Notes: generated by a model from the letters alone, not told the origin. A stretch of 64,000 bases of DNA from a bacterium (GCA_965218795.1 OZ244653.1:160001-224000); one strand, 5' to 3'; shown: positions 10,177 to 22,407, counted from the stretch's first letter. A program made the numbers and translations.

Positions 10177-11407
10177 TGTATTGAGACGGTAATCACCTGA
10201 CAGTTGGGCCGTTGGCGTGCGACGTTGAGAGTCTGGCGCGTCGGCGGTGGCCACGCCGCTCCTGGAAGAGGTTAGGATCGTTTTTGCACAACATCCAACC
10301 TTTCAGGAGAACGCCATGACCACCAAGGGTAAGATAGCATGGCGCAAGCTGAGCCTGCTCGAACTTACGAACGAGATGAGCAACGTCTCCAAGGTATGCC
10401 GGATCATGGGTTATTCGCGCCAGCAGTTTTACGAGATCCGACGCAACTATCAGACCTACGGGGCCGAAGGCCTCATCGACCGGCTCCCCGGCGCCAAGGG
10501 TCCACATCCCAACCGAGTCTCCGAACAGGTCGAGGCCGCGATCCTGGCGCATGCCCTAGAGAATCCCACCCATGGCGCGCTGCGCGTCGCCCAGGAACTG
10601 TCGCTCAAGGGCGTCCATGTCTCCTCGGGCGGGGTGCGCGGCGTGTGGTCCCGCCACAAGCTGCTGACCAAACACGAGCGGCTGTCAGACTGGAGAAGAC
10701 CACCTCCGAACGCAGGATCGAGCTCAGCGACGAGCAGGTCCAGCTTCTGGAGCGGTTCAGCCCCGAGTTCCGCGAACGCCATATCCAGACTCGTCATCCG
10801 GAGAGCTGATGGCCGTCGACACCTTCTTCGTCGGTCATCTCAAGGGCGTCGGAAAGGTCTGGCTACAGACCGCCGTCGACTGCCACGCGCGCTATGCCTG
10901 GGGACGCCTGTATCCTAACAAGCTGCCGGTCACCGCCGTGCATCTGATGAACAACGACGTGCTACCCACCTTCGAGGCGCATCAAGCCGGGATCGCCACC
11001 GTGCTCAGCGACAATGGCCGGGAATACTGCGGCCGGCCCGAACGTCATCCCTTTGAGCTGTTCCTCCAGCTCGAGGAGATCGAGCACCGCACCACCAGGG
11101 TACGCCGGCCCCAATCCAACGGCTTCGTCGAGCGGCTGCACAGAACCCTGCTCGACGAGCACTTCCGAATCATGGGAAGGAAGAAGTTCTACGACAGCAT
11201 CGAAGCCATGCAGAACGACCTCGACGCCTATCTGATCACCTACAACACCCAAAGGCCCCATCAGGGCCACGGCATGAAGGGAAGGACACCTGCGGAGGTC
11301 TTCATCCGCTGCCTGCCAAAACCCCAAAGGAGGATAAAATGAAAAAAGCCGCCTGAACCGACCCCAAACAGGAGCGGCTACTGTCAGGTGAATACCCTAT
11401 CTGTACA
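10177..11407 (+). mobile_element. IS481-family element; transposase frameshifted (10317-11342)
   Basis: TGTA...TACA ends with CACCTGACAGT inverted repeats, flanked by a GCTAATC direct repeat (10170-10176 and 11408-11414). SDNGREY and NGFVER DDE motifs. ORF split into three pieces. Confidence 0.92.
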
Positions 11408-11654
11408 GCTAATCCTATCTCTCACCCACCGTCGCTGCGCCCATAAACGTCCTCGTAAGGAGCAAGTTCTAAGAGGTCCCACCAACCCATATCACCGAAA
11501 TCCAACGCTCCCTTCGATAGATCCCACTCGAAGCCAAGCCGAACACTTAGCGTTTCTCCGGTTCGCGAATCTTCTATCACCCGCATGTGTGACAGTGATC
11601 TCCGGCCCAACCGACTCACCAGTTCTTCTGTAAGCCAGTCATATAACATCGGAA

Positions 11655-12991
11655 TGAGGTGGTCCCACTATCTTGGACAGTTAGGCGGCTGAGTGAAGGT
11701 GTATTCGGTTCATTGATCATGCCGCCAGCGTCCTGTTTGACCCGTCTTTCTGTTCTGGTTGAGCCGGCAGAGGGGCAGGCAAGCGGTGGGGCTTGGCCTG
11801 CATCTGCGGCGGCAGTCCTTTTTCGTAGGCCTCGGCCGGGGTAGAGCCAGCCAGGGCGGAATGAGGTCTTTCGGTGTTATAGAAGTCGAGCCACTTGGCA
11901 ATGGCCCTTTGGGCTGCGAAGCCGTCGGTGAGCTCGTGCAGATACACCGCTTCGTATTTGAGCGAACGCCAGAGGCGCTCGATGAAGATGTTGTCCATGC
12001 ATCGGCCCCGGCCGTCCATGGAGATGGCGACGCCGGCGTCTTGGAGGACAGCGGTAAACGCGAGGCTGGTGAACTGGCTGCCTTGGTCGGTATTGAAGAT
12101 CCGAGGCCGGCCGTAGCGGTCCAGGGCTTCGGTCAGGGCCTCGACGCAGAAGCGGGCATCCAGGGTGTTGGACAGCCGCCAGGCGAGCACACGGCGGGTG
12201 GCCCAGTCCATGACGGCTACCAGGTACAGGAAGCCGCGCTGGACGGGGATATAGGTTATGTCCGCGGTCCAGACCTGATTGGGCCGCTCGATGGCGAGTC
12301 CCTTGAGAAGATAGGGATAAACCCGGTGTTCGGGATGTGGTCTGGTGGTTCTCGGCGCTTGGTAGATGGCCTGTAGGCCCATCAGCCGCATCAGACGCCG
12401 AACCCGGTGACGACCGACACGGACTCCCTCGCGCCACAAATGACGGACCATCTGGCGGCTGCCGTAGAACGGGTATTTCAAGAACAACTCATCGATCCGC
12501 CGCATCAACGCCAGGTTCTGCGCACTCTCGCCCTTGGGCGTGTGGTACAGCGAGGATCGGCTGATGGAAAGCAGGCGGCATTGACGGCTCAAGCTGAGTT
12601 TGGGATGGTCGCGACGGATCATGGCCCTGCGTCCCTCCCGGCTCACCACTTGAGCCCTTTGGACAAAAAATCCCGCTCCACCGTCAACTCCCCGATCTTC
12701 GCATGCAGGTCCCGGATCTCCACCTCATGGTCCCCACGTGCCCGCTCCGCCCCCTTGGAGAATACCTCCTTCAGCCCCTCCACCGCTCGCTGCTTCCAGG
12801 CGCTCACCTGGTTCGGATGCACCTTGTGCCGCACCGCGATTTCTTGAACCGTCTTGTCCCCGCGCAGTGCTTCCAGCGCTACCTTCGCCTTGAACTCCCC
12901 CGTGAATCGCCGTCGTGTCGTCATTGCGTATCCCTCCCTCAGTCGGTGGAATACACCTTAGCAACCTGTCCGATTTGCTGGGACCACCTCA
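11655..12991 (-). mobile_element. IS3-family element (orfA 12643-12924, orfB 11717-12649)
   Basis: TGAGGTGGTCCCA terminal IRs. WTADITY, TDQGSQF and DNIFIERLWRSLKYE motifs. No target duplication seen. Confidence 0.93.
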
Positions 12992-14274
12992 ATCCAAAGT
13001 TGAAAATGCTCCTTGTAATCCTTTCTGGCTCCGAACATACGTGCACGCTGAATGTATGTATCCTGCGAGAACTTCCCCTTAACCGTTCTTGTGAAATACA
13101 TCGACAGCAAGTTCTCAAATGTCACACCCCTGGAAATAATGTTGCCGCCGACACCAAACGAGAATAAACTTGTGGGCTTCGCGATTTCGGCGACCTTCCC
13201 TGCCTTCGGTTTGCTAGAATTTATCTCCACGACTACATTTCGATTTATGTTTCTTAGAACAAACTCTCCCAACCGCCCCGAGTTGGAAGTCAGAAAGGAC
13301 TCTGCTACACGGAATAGTTTCTTTCTTAATGGTTCGAATCCGCCAGATGAGGGGGTCGATAGAGTTGCCAATGTAGCCTGTATCAGCTCAACATCCTCGG
13401 CATGTTCATCTCGCTTACCACTGGTATGGACGAGCATCGTGAAGTTTTCTTCTTTCCCTAACTCGTGCAGGTAGGACACGCCACATAAGAAATGTAGAAT
13501 GGCATTTCTGATTTCAGTCTTTTCGTCGCCGGCATCTGCGCTGAAAGTGTGCAAGTTATACTGATAATCATCGTCATCCGGAAAGAAGAACTCTTGACCC
13601 ACATATTCAGCATGCGGCGCGAAGTCGACCCACATCTCACTTTCGTTTTCAAAGGTATTGTTTAGGTTTAGTCGCGCCGGGGTAGCAGTAACCCCAATGT
13701 AGATGCCGTTAGAGTCCAACAAAGTAGAGATAAGAGAATTGATCTTGGTCTTGTCATAATCCGGCTTGTTGACATTACCATCAGGTGACGCGTAATCAGC
13801 CTCGTCGTCAATCACGATGAGCCCTCTTTCCAAGCGCACAAATTCAATTAACTTCTCTAGATCCCTTGCATTTTTCTTACAAAATACAACCCAGTTTCTA
13901 CCCTTCAAACGACTAGGTTCCGTTGGCAAATCGATAAATTGTTTTGGAGACGGATTAAGCCCAGACAATCGAAATCTATTCAGGCTTTGATCAAGAAGAT
14001 CAATGCTGTCTGTCAAAAGATTGATAATAATTGCATAGCGCTTGTCCAACAACCGCGCATTCAACGCGATCATCATTTCTGTCTTCCCGCTCTGCGGTTC
14101 ACCAAAAACAACAAGTGAGCGGGAACCGTTGTATAGCAAGTTCTCAAATGTAGATTGAATAGCTTTTTCTATCGACGTCGTATCTACGCCATCCTTTCGC
14201 AGAGCAGCGATTCGTAGATCATATTGATTACTACCAGTATTGCCAACAATGTTAGTCCAGTCTTTTTCTGTCAT
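12992..14274 (-). pseudogene. Z1-domain SF2 helicase-like protein truncated by IS3
   Basis: GEPQSGKT, IDDEADYAS, VTATP, GGNIISRGVTF and YIQRARMFG motifs. Low GC. Cut at FQLWI by the IS3 end. Confidence 0.8.
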
Positions 14275-14895
14275 GAAAGAGTGATCCTCACCATTTGCAC
14301 CTGTTGGGCTTTTTCTCAGGCTTATCATCAAAACGTCGTGTTTTTCGAGGTTGGCTCCGTTTCAGACACGTTGCTGACGGGCTGGATTTACCTACGACCG
14401 TGCTCGCAGTGCGTGCCACCATCCGCTGACCCCTCGAGTAGAGCGGGGTCTGAGCATAGGGAGACCTAGTGGAACTCGCATTCATTTCCAACACCACATC
14501 ATTGGACTTACTCCAATATGCACGTCAAGATAATGTGCCTTCTCTAGAATGCTGTCAATATGCAGGGGGTCAGCTAGCAGTACGCTGGAAACCTGCGCTT
14601 GGTATTGGAGGAACGGTCGGTCCAGTGGTGGGTAATGCAGGTACGCAGTCTTGGCTCATACGAACGTTGCCGGCACTTCAGGTCAATACCAATCATGCAA
14701 ACCTGCCTGAAAGCTGAGCGGCCGCAGACGCTGTTGTCGCCGGGTATGCAAGCTCGTAGCCAAGCTGGCAACCGGAAAACCGGCAACCTTCTCGCCTGGT
14801 TGGGTTTTCTCCGCAGCAGGCTGGCAAGGGCCGGCGCTTCCGTCATCGTATAGCAATCGGTCAGCTTCCTGGAGTTGACCCTCTAAGTAACTCCA

Positions 14896-15518
14896 GTAGC
14901 GCCGGGTCGCGACGAAGGTCTCGATCAGCACGGGGGTTGTGTTGTATCGCTCGACCCAGTCCTCGGGCAGGTGGCACCGGACGATGTCGAGGATGTACGA
15001 GCCGAGCTTCCAGGCGGTAGTGCTGAAGCCGAGCATGGCGAGCGGCCAGCCGTCGCGGTCGTGGACCGCGTAGCGCATCTGGGCGCCGACCAGGGTCTTG
15101 TATCCGAGATAGTGGTAGCGCGCGACGAACTCGTTCCACACAGCTTGCCCTCGCGGGTGCCGCGCACCCACGGGGCGCAGGTCGAGCGGGCGGACCTCGT
15201 CGAGGATCGTGGGCGCCGGGAACAGCGGCGGTTCGGTGTCCGGTCCGAAGGAGATCGGCCCGGGCCGGTTCTGCCGCCCCTGCGGCGGAGGCAGGGTGAT
15301 CAGGCCGGTCCCTGTGCATGGCCAGTATGGTCGGTCACCCTTGCCATCATGTCCTTGAGCCCGCCGTCAGGCTTGAACCAGCCGATGCGCCGGCAGAGCT
15401 CCTTCGACAGGGCATGGCGGTTCAGTGGCGGAGGGCCAGCGATCAGCGCGCGCAGCAGCGCCATCTCTTCGGCGGTGAAGTCGCGGCCGTAATAGCGGCA
15501 CTCGACTGCGCCGGTCAT
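14896..15518 (-). pseudogene. DUF4338 domain protein, fragmented
   Basis: RYYGRDFT, LSKELCRRIGW, WNEFVARYHYLGY..LVGAQMRY, AWKL and LPEDWVERY..PVLIETFV, with deletions and frameshifts. Confidence 0.75.
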
Positions 15519-15870
15519 TCCGGCGCCGTGAAGCTGCGTTTACGTTCCTCGCTCATCGTCCACGGCAACCAGGGCGACAGGTCGTCGGGTGGTTGCCCGC
15601 CATTGGCCGCGCAGGCGCTCAGCCATGCCTGAAGCCAGCGCAGGACGTCGATGCCGTTCAACGAGAGGGTGCCGATAACCGAGTACATCAGCGCCGTGAA
15701 CCGGGCGCGAGTCTCGCTGTCGGAACCGAACGATAAGCGTCGTCCTATTGCCGGCTCCCTCAACAGCCTCTCCGCAAGATTGTTATCCAGGGGCACCTGC
15801 GGGCGGTCGATGAAGACGCTCAGCCCTTTGCGATGGTTCAGCAGCGAGCGCAGTGCCTTGCTCTGGCAGC
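15515..15870 (-). mobile_element. IS66-family TnpC C-terminal fragment
   Basis: VPLDNNLAERLLREPAIGRR.SFGS and DLSPWLPW. Stop overlaps the DUF4338 start. Confidence 0.8.
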
Positions 15871-15994
15871 CTTGTCTGGCAGGTCGACGAGCGCCTCGTT
15901 CAGCCGGTAAATCGACGCGATCCGCTCGATCCATCCCCGGCACCATTCCGTCAGGCTCACTTGACCGGCCGCGCACTCGATAAAATCTCGCCGT

Positions 15995-16346
15995 TATGGA
16001 ATGGGCGATCAAGTTCCGTCCGATCAAGCCTCGGTCACCCCATCTGAACGGCAAGGTCGAGCGCAGCCAGAAGACCGATCTGCAGGAGTTCTGGTCAACC
16101 GTCGATCTGAAGGCAGTCGATCTTCAACAGCAGCTGGACGAATGGCATCATTTCTACAATTGACATCGACCGCATACGGCCCTGAACGGTCGTTACCCAT
16201 TGATCGTGTTTGCGACCTGCTGTCGAAAACGCCCCTGTCCGAAGACGTCTACGCCGCGTTCGATCCGACCAAGGAGCGAATCCGGGACCAGAACTACGTG
16301 ATGGATCAGAAGCTGCACGAATTGAAATGATCTATACGAACCCCAC
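15995..16346 (+). mobile_element. IS481-family 3' remnant with internal stop
   Basis: IKFRPIKPRSPHLNGKVERSQKTD...FYN*HRPH. Ends ...ACA. Confidence 0.75.
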
Positions 16347-16409
16347 AGACGGAGAAGGTCCGAGCGCCGCGCGGGACCGAGTTCAATGGCCATCGCTGGA
16401 TGCCACACG

Positions 16410-19071
16410 TCATCTAGAATCGCGGACGTGCGCCCCGGATTGCCCGCAAGCCTGCCTCCAGCCTTCGCCCAGGATGTCGACCGCTATGCTCCCGGCGATA
16501 CGCTCCGCAGCCTCCTGCTGGATTTACCCCGTTTCAGTGGACAGTTTATGGCTGTCGTCCCCAGCCCTGAGGTGGGCGACAGCCGGTGGACGTAAAGTCT
16601 TCTCCCTATCCGATAGATAGGGTGCCCCCGGGGGGTATGTCTTGACCTTTGGCTCGCCGCTCTGGGAAGCGCCGGGGACGGCTCGAGCCGGACGATGAGC
16701 GTTGCGCACTGCACGTGGCGTTTCCTTCGCCGCGGCGCGTTCGAAGTCGTTGGGGCTGAGGTAACCCAGGGCCGAATGACGACGGCGTGGGTTGTACCAG
16801 CCTTCGATGAATTGGAAGATCGCCATGCGCGCTTCGGCCTGGGTACGGAACGAGCGCCGGTCGATGAGCTCGCACTCCAGCGTGGCAAAGAAGCTCTCGG
16901 CCATGGCGTTGTCGAAGCAATCCCCGGCCGACCCGGTCGAGGGAACCACCCCCATCTGGCGGCACCGCTTGCCGAAGGCGAGCGAAGTGTACTGCGATCC
17001 CCTGTCGGAGTGATGCACGACCCCGTCGGGGCGGCGCTGTCCCAACGCCATGTTCAGCGCCCCGAGCACCAGTTCGGTGCGAAGATGGTGGGTCATGGAC
17101 CAGCCCACCGCCCGGCGGCTGAACACGTCGAGCACGATGGCCAGGTACACGAACCCCGTCCAGGTCGGCACGTAGGTCACGTCGGCCACCCAAAGCCGAT
17201 CCGGCCCATCGGCCTGGAACTGGCGTTCGACCCGGTCCGGGACCACACAATGGCTCTGGTCCACGCGCGTAGTGCGCATACCTCGGCGTCGGCTCACCCC
17301 GGCCAACCCTGCCTCGCGCATCAGACGAGCCACCCGTTTGCGGCTCACCCGGCAGCCGCCGGCCATCAGCTCGGCATGGACCCGAGGCGCCCCGTAGGTG
17401 CCACCAGATGCCTCGTGGATGGCCCGTATCGTGCCCCCCAACACCTCGTCGCGCTTCGCACGAGGAGAACGCCCACGGCCTCGCCACGCGTAGTACCCGC
17501 TGGGGGAGACGCCCAGCACCCGGCACATCGTGGCCACCCGATGATGGGCCTGATTCGCCTTCACGAGCTCGAGGACTTCGCCCGGACCGAGCCGGTCTCC
17601 CGAGCGAACCAAGCCGTAGCTTTTGCCAGTATCTCGCGTTCTTCGCGAAGCTGACGAACCTCTCGACGAAGCCGTCGCAGCTCCTCAAGCTCGGCGCTTG
17701 TCAGACCATCCTCACGACGGCCTTCGTCCCGGTCGGCCTGACGCACCCAGTTGCGAATCGCCGAAGCGGAACACTCGAACTCCCGGGCCAGCTCCCCGGG
17801 CGTACGGCCCGAGCGAACCAGCTCGACCATCTGGCGCCGGTACTCCGGCGCGTAGGGTGAATGAGTTTTCGCCATCGGAACACCTCCTCCGCACAGTCTG
17901 AAGGTGTCCACTGAAACAGGTCAACTCCATGCACCGAATCCCGCGCCAGATGCGCGTACCGAGCCGTGGTCTCCACCTGGCTGTGGCCCAACAGCTTGCC
18001 GATCATCGGCAAGCTCTCCCCCAGCGCCAGGGCCCTGGACGCGAAGCTGTGACGCAGGTCATGAATCCGGACGTCCTCCAGGCCTGCCCTCGCCCGGATG
18101 ACCTGCCAGGCCTGATCCACGTTGCTCATATGCGTGCCCGGCTTCCGCCCGGGAATGACCCACGGGTTGCCCTCCATGCGCGGCAGACCGGAAAGAAGTT
18201 TCACCGCCGAGGGCGACAGTGGAATCATCCTTGCGCCCGTCTTGGCGTCGGGCAGCCTCAACTCGTTCTGATCCAGCGCCACGTCCTCCCAGCGCAGGGT
18301 CAGGATCTCGTTCTTCCGGCATCCGGTCAGCATCAGCAGACGGATGGCCGCCACCGCCGGCGCCGATGCGCCGCCCTGGGCCTCGACCTCATCCAGCACC
18401 TGCCCCAGGCGGGTGAACTCCCCATCGGTCAGAAACCGTTCCTGCTTGCGCAAGGGATACTTGACGACAGAGCGGCAGGGGTTGCACCCCTCCGGAACGA
18501 GTCCCCAGCCCTCGGCCAGCCTGTACATCAGCGACAGGGTGCGGACCACCATGTTCGCAATGGAAGGTGTCTCGCACAGGCGTTGATGCAGCTCCGTGAC
18601 CTGCGCGCGCTCGACCGCCACGAGAGACAGCCTGCCGAGAACGGGCACGATATGACGGTTCACCACCGTGCGGGTCGATGCTGCGGTACGCGGCTTGCAG
18701 CGCACGGCCACATGCTCTTCGAGAAACCGCCTTGCAAGCTCGCCCACGGTCGGCCCCCCGGACAGCCTGACCGACATCGGCTCGGGCACCGGCTCCGCGC
18801 CCGCCTTGACCCGGGCGATGATCAAGGCCGCCCTCTGACGCGCCTGCTCCGCGCCGAGCACCCCGTGCCGACCCACCGTGACCCGCTTCGGTCCCCCCGG
18901 TCCCCGGGCCTGGGCGATATAGACCTTTCCGCCCGTGGGATAGACCCGCACCCCGAATCCCGTGAGCTCGTGATCCCAGAACACCGTGTCCTTTTGGACC
19001 TTCAGCTTCTCGACCGTGCGGTTCGAGAGCGTCTTGTATGCCAGCTTCGCCATGTCCGGATCCAGCCTCAT
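16410..19071 (-). pseudogene. Tyrosine integrase (Arm-DNA-binding, P4-like) interrupted near its C-terminus by IS3
   Basis: LTGCRKNE, HDLRHS, LLGH and TARYAH catalytic residues. Removing the IS restores ...RDSVQEAAERIAGSIAVDILG...SR*. Confidence 0.88.
16519..17929 (-). mobile_element. IS3-family element (orfA ~17561-17875, orfB 16524-17612)
   Basis: IRs TGGATTTACCCCGTTTCAGTGGAC and TGGAGTTGACCTGTTTCAGTGGAC. TGC target duplication. WVADVTY, HSDRGSQY and DNAMAESFF motifs. Confidence 0.95.
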
Positions 19072-19503
19072 GCCGCCTCGGTGCTCCGCGGCCCGATGTG
19101 GGCCCCGATGCTGTCGCCCACCCGGGTGGCCGCGACCTTCTCCGCATCCCGCATCAGGTGCGCGTACCGCGCTGTTGTCCCCACCTTCCTGTGACCGAGC
19201 AGCTTCCCGATCGTGGGCAGGCTCTCGCCAAGCGCCAGGGCCCTCGATGCATAGGAATGCCGTATGTCATGGATCCGAACGTCCTCGAGTCCCGCCTTTG
19301 CCCGGATGGATTGCCAGTAGTTATCGAGCTTCGTCAGGCCGGTCCCCGGCCTTTGCCCGACAAGCACCCAGGGAGCGCCGTCGATACGGGGAATGCCGTC
19401 AAGCACCGTCAGAACAGGCCCGGTCAAGGGCACCATGCGCGGGCCCGCCTTGGCGTCCCTGAGCCTCAGCTCGCCCGCCGTGCGGTCCACGTCGTCCCAG
19501 CAT
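19068..19503 (-). pseudogene. Second tyrosine integrase, C-terminal fragment
   Basis: DAKAG, HDIRHSYAS, LLGH and TTARYAH motifs. ATGA overlap with the downstream integrase. Confidence 0.85.
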
Positions 19504-19644
19504 TTATGGATACAATTGCGCAAGGATGCTCACACGTACGCAGGAAACGATAAAAAGAACCTGTTTTCAGATGGTTATAAGGATAAACCATGCGTCACGA
19601 ATCGCCGGACACATCCCCCTCTGCACCCTGATTTCTTTTCAGGT

Positions 19645-19691
19645 GTTGAATATCGGGTTGAATATTCCGCGCGCTCCGGTATAATGGCCAC
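19645..19691 (+). promoter_or_regulatory. Sigma70-like promoter with tandem GTTGAATAT repeats
   Basis: TTGAAT (19658) - 16 bp - TATAAT (19680), lying 6 nt before the ATG. GTTGAATAT occurs at 19645 and 19657. Confidence 0.55.
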
Positions 19692-21032
19692 ATGAAAAAT
19701 CACTCTGCAAAACGCGTCGCCAGGGTCAAGCTGACCCTGACCAAACGAACCGTCGAGGCCCTAGAGCCCGCCGACAAGCCCTGGATCGCGTGGGACGACA
19801 AGCTGACCGGATTCGGCGTCCGTGTCCAGCCCTCGGGCGCCAGGACCTTCGTCGTCAACTACCGCGCCGGAGACGGTGGACGCAAGGCCCCCAACAAGCG
19901 CGTCACCCTGGGACGCTACGGGCGCATCACCCCCGACAAGGCGCGGCGCATGGCCCAGGAACTGCTCGGGCGCGTCGCCGGAGGGGAGGATCCCGCCACG
20001 GAGCGCGCCGGGGCGCGGGGAATGCCCACCCTCGGGGAAGCGTTCGAGGACTACATGGCCGCCAACCCCAACCGCAAGTGGACGACGGTGGGGCGCTACC
20101 GCCAGAACATGCGGGTCAATCTGCCCGACTGGCGCGCTCGCCCGCTCGCCGCCATCACCCGGCGCGACATCGAGGGGCGGTTCCATCTCATCACCGAGGA
20201 GCACGGCTGGGCGACCGCCAACCAGACGATTTCGTTGTTGCGTTCCATTTACCGCCGGTCCTGCGTCGATCACGAGGGCTTGCGCAACCCGGTGGAGCTC
20301 TGGCTCGCCGGCGGCGGGCGCTATCACCCCAAGCGGCGGCGGCGCATCTCGGCTCCGGGCGAGGTGCTGCCGCGATGGCGCGCCGGCATCGAGGCCGTCG
20401 GTCTCCCGCCCGCCCACCGTGACATCTTCCTCGTCGGGGTCTACACCGGCATGCGCCTGGGCGAGATCGTCTCGCTCCGATGGGAGAGGGTGGACCTGGA
20501 GCGGCGCATCCTGCGGGTCGAGGAGACCAAGACCGGGGAGCCGCTCGAGCTGCCCGTCACCCGGCAACTGGCCGCGATATTGGTGCGCCGCCGCAATGAC
20601 GGCGATGACCCTGGCGGCTGGGTGTTCCCTTCGTCCATGAGCGCGACAGGGCATCTCGGAGGCATTCACCAGTATTACGTCGAAATCGGGCGCGCCGCCG
20701 GGACCCGGTTCTGGTTCCACGGCCTGCGCAATGTCTTCATCACGGTGGCCGAGCGCGAACTGATGCTGCCGCGCTCGCTCACCAAGCGACTGGTCAATCA
20801 CGCCCGCGACGACGACATCACCGAAGGCTATGCGGCGGACTGGACCGTCGAGCAGCTTCGCGATCCCGCGCAACGCGTCGCCGACCGTATCGATGAACTG
20901 ATGAACGCGGATGCGGACCCGCAGGACTCGATGGCGCAAGCCGTTCCCGGAGCACCTGCTACGGGAGCGCGTGGTGGTGCCGGAGCCGACATCCCGCGCG
21001 TGCTGCGGCTCGGAGCGGCTGTTGGAAGGTGA
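19692..21032 (+). CDS. Tyrosine integrase with N-terminal Arm DNA-binding domain
   Basis: WDDKLTGFGVRV, TGMRLGE, ETKTG, FHGLRN, LVNH and TEGY motifs. Confidence 0.9.
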   Translation: MKNHSAKRVARVKLTLTKRTVEALEPADKPWIAWDDKLTGFGVRVQPSGARTFVVNYRAGDGGRKAPNKRVTLGRYGRITPDKARRMAQELLGRVAGGEDPATERAGARGMPTLGEAFEDYMAANPNRKWTTVGRYRQNMRVNLPDWRARPLAAITRRDIEGRFHLITEEHGWATANQTISLLRSIYRRSCVDHEGLRNPVELWLAGGGRYHPKRRRRISAPGEVLPRWRAGIEAVGLPPAHRDIFLVGVYTGMRLGEIVSLRWERVDLERRILRVEETKTGEPLELPVTRQLAAILVRRRNDGDDPGGWVFPSSMSATGHLGGIHQYYVEIGRAAGTRFWFHGLRNVFITVAERELMLPRSLTKRLVNHARDDDITEGYAADWTVEQLRDPAQRVADRIDELMNADADPQDSMAQAVPGAPATGARGGAGADIPRVLRLGAAVGR

Positions 21033-21115
21033 TCCAGACGGTGCGCGAGAAGTTCGTTTGCCGCGAGGGCGTCGATCTCAGCCTGTCGACCCTGGCCGAC
21101 CAGGTGGGCGCTCAG
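21029..21115 (+). mobile_element. IS66 TnpC micro-fragment
   Basis: VIQTVREKFVCR fused to EGVDLSLSTLADQVGA; these are two normally distant TnpC segments. Confidence 0.55.
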
Positions 21116-21450
21116 GTCGCTCTGTCTCGGAAGACGGTCCTGGCTGTTCGCCAACTCCGATCGCGGCGGGGCCAGGGCCTCCGCATAGAGATTGTGATCG
21201 ATTGTAACTCAATCATGCAGGCCCCAATCCGCTCTCATCTCCACCGTCTCAAACGGTCAAATTTACTGCACAGAGGCACTAGTCGCCGGACGGTCCGACC
21301 ACCGCACGTCCAGCCTGTTGACACCCACGCGTACCGCTGGCCCGGTCGGCCCTTACATTGTCGCGAGTTCCCGCCCCGTACGCATTGGGCTTCCCTTTGC
21401 ACGTCAGCCACGGCTCTGCTTTGTACACCCTTACAGCAGAATTTCGTCCC

Positions 21451-22407
21451 CTATTCGCCTCCAGTCCCAGTATCGCGGGCAGTCAGGTCTTCAAATCCTT
21501 CCAGCAAGTCCAGATGCTGCTCCGGAAAGTGCACGAAGAGTTCGTCATCGTAGCTCAGCTCATCCTTCCGAAGATTGAAAGTACCCCGCTCTTCGCGCAT
21601 CTCGTAGAACTCCACCGATCGACTCCTGTCCTCCAAAGCCTTCATGACCGTGTACTTGACCGACTCCATACACTTCATCCCGAATATGATTTCTTTCAGT
21701 TCCAGGGGCGAACCCTCAGTCCCCCGACGCCCAATCAACCGCCACTCCCGTTCGTACGCCCAACTCTCCGCCTTCCTCAACATCACGGCTTCGTCCACCC
21801 TGGCGCGAGCTTCATCATCTCCGTTCAGCATGGCGCCCACCTCGCTCGCCTTCACCAGCCTAGCTCCATCGTACGCTACTTTATGGACATCCCCTGTAGC
21901 CCGCTCCGGTACTGAATAGCCCAGGCAAATCCCGCGATGCTGGTCCCCATAGTGGCTCCACATCAGCGGGCAGTCGTCCTGCTCTGCAAACGAAACAATG
22001 CCCTTCTCGTATCGCCGAAGCAGTTCCAACTCGATGCGATACCTTAGCGTCATTTCAGTATCGAATTCTGGGTTCATGGCGCTGTACTCGATCTCAGCCA
22101 TTCGCTCATCGGCTTGGCCGCGACTGCGCTTCTCGATCAGATCTGTCGTTTTGGGGCCCTTGAGCCTCATAGCATTCGCTGCCGCGCGCATTTCTGCAGC
22201 GTTGCGTTGTTCGGTCAGCCTCCACAGAATGCTTCCGAGCTCACCGACACCCACATCGTTGTCAAGCGAAGGCCGGGTATCCAGCGGATCGTTGAACGTG
22301 CTCGGGTCGGCAAAATGGAGCTTGTCTCCCACGACCATGTCCAAAGTGCGGGCGGTCAAGGCACGATACTTGTACAACCGCCTCGGCGGTCTCTTCGCTC
22401 TTTCCAT
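21451..22407 (-). CDS. DUF2971 domain-containing protein
   Basis: LYKYR, FNDPLD, PLMWSHYGDQHRGICL and KAESWAYEREWR motifs. Confidence 0.88.
   Translation of the reverse strand: MERAKRPPRRLYKYRALTARTLDMVVGDKLHFADPSTFNDPLDTRPSLDNDVGVGELGSILWRLTEQRNAAEMRAAANAMRLKGPKTTDLIEKRSRGQADERMAEIEYSAMNPEFDTEMTLRYRIELELLRRYEKGIVSFAEQDDCPLMWSHYGDQHRGICLGYSVPERATGDVHKVAYDGARLVKASEVGAMLNGDDEARARVDEAVMLRKAESWAYEREWRLIGRRGTEGSPLELKEIIFGMKCMESVKYTVMKALEDRSRSVEFYEMREERGTFNLRKDELSYDDELFVHFPEQHLDLLEGFEDLTARDTGTGGE

Noticed and set aside
9700-11654. Gene split by the IS481 insertion
   Set aside because: Rejoining the flanks at GCTAATC gives no long, recognisable ORF.
14896-15518. Druantia system
   Set aside because: Only a fragmented, IS-linked DUF4338 is present, with no druE or other partners.
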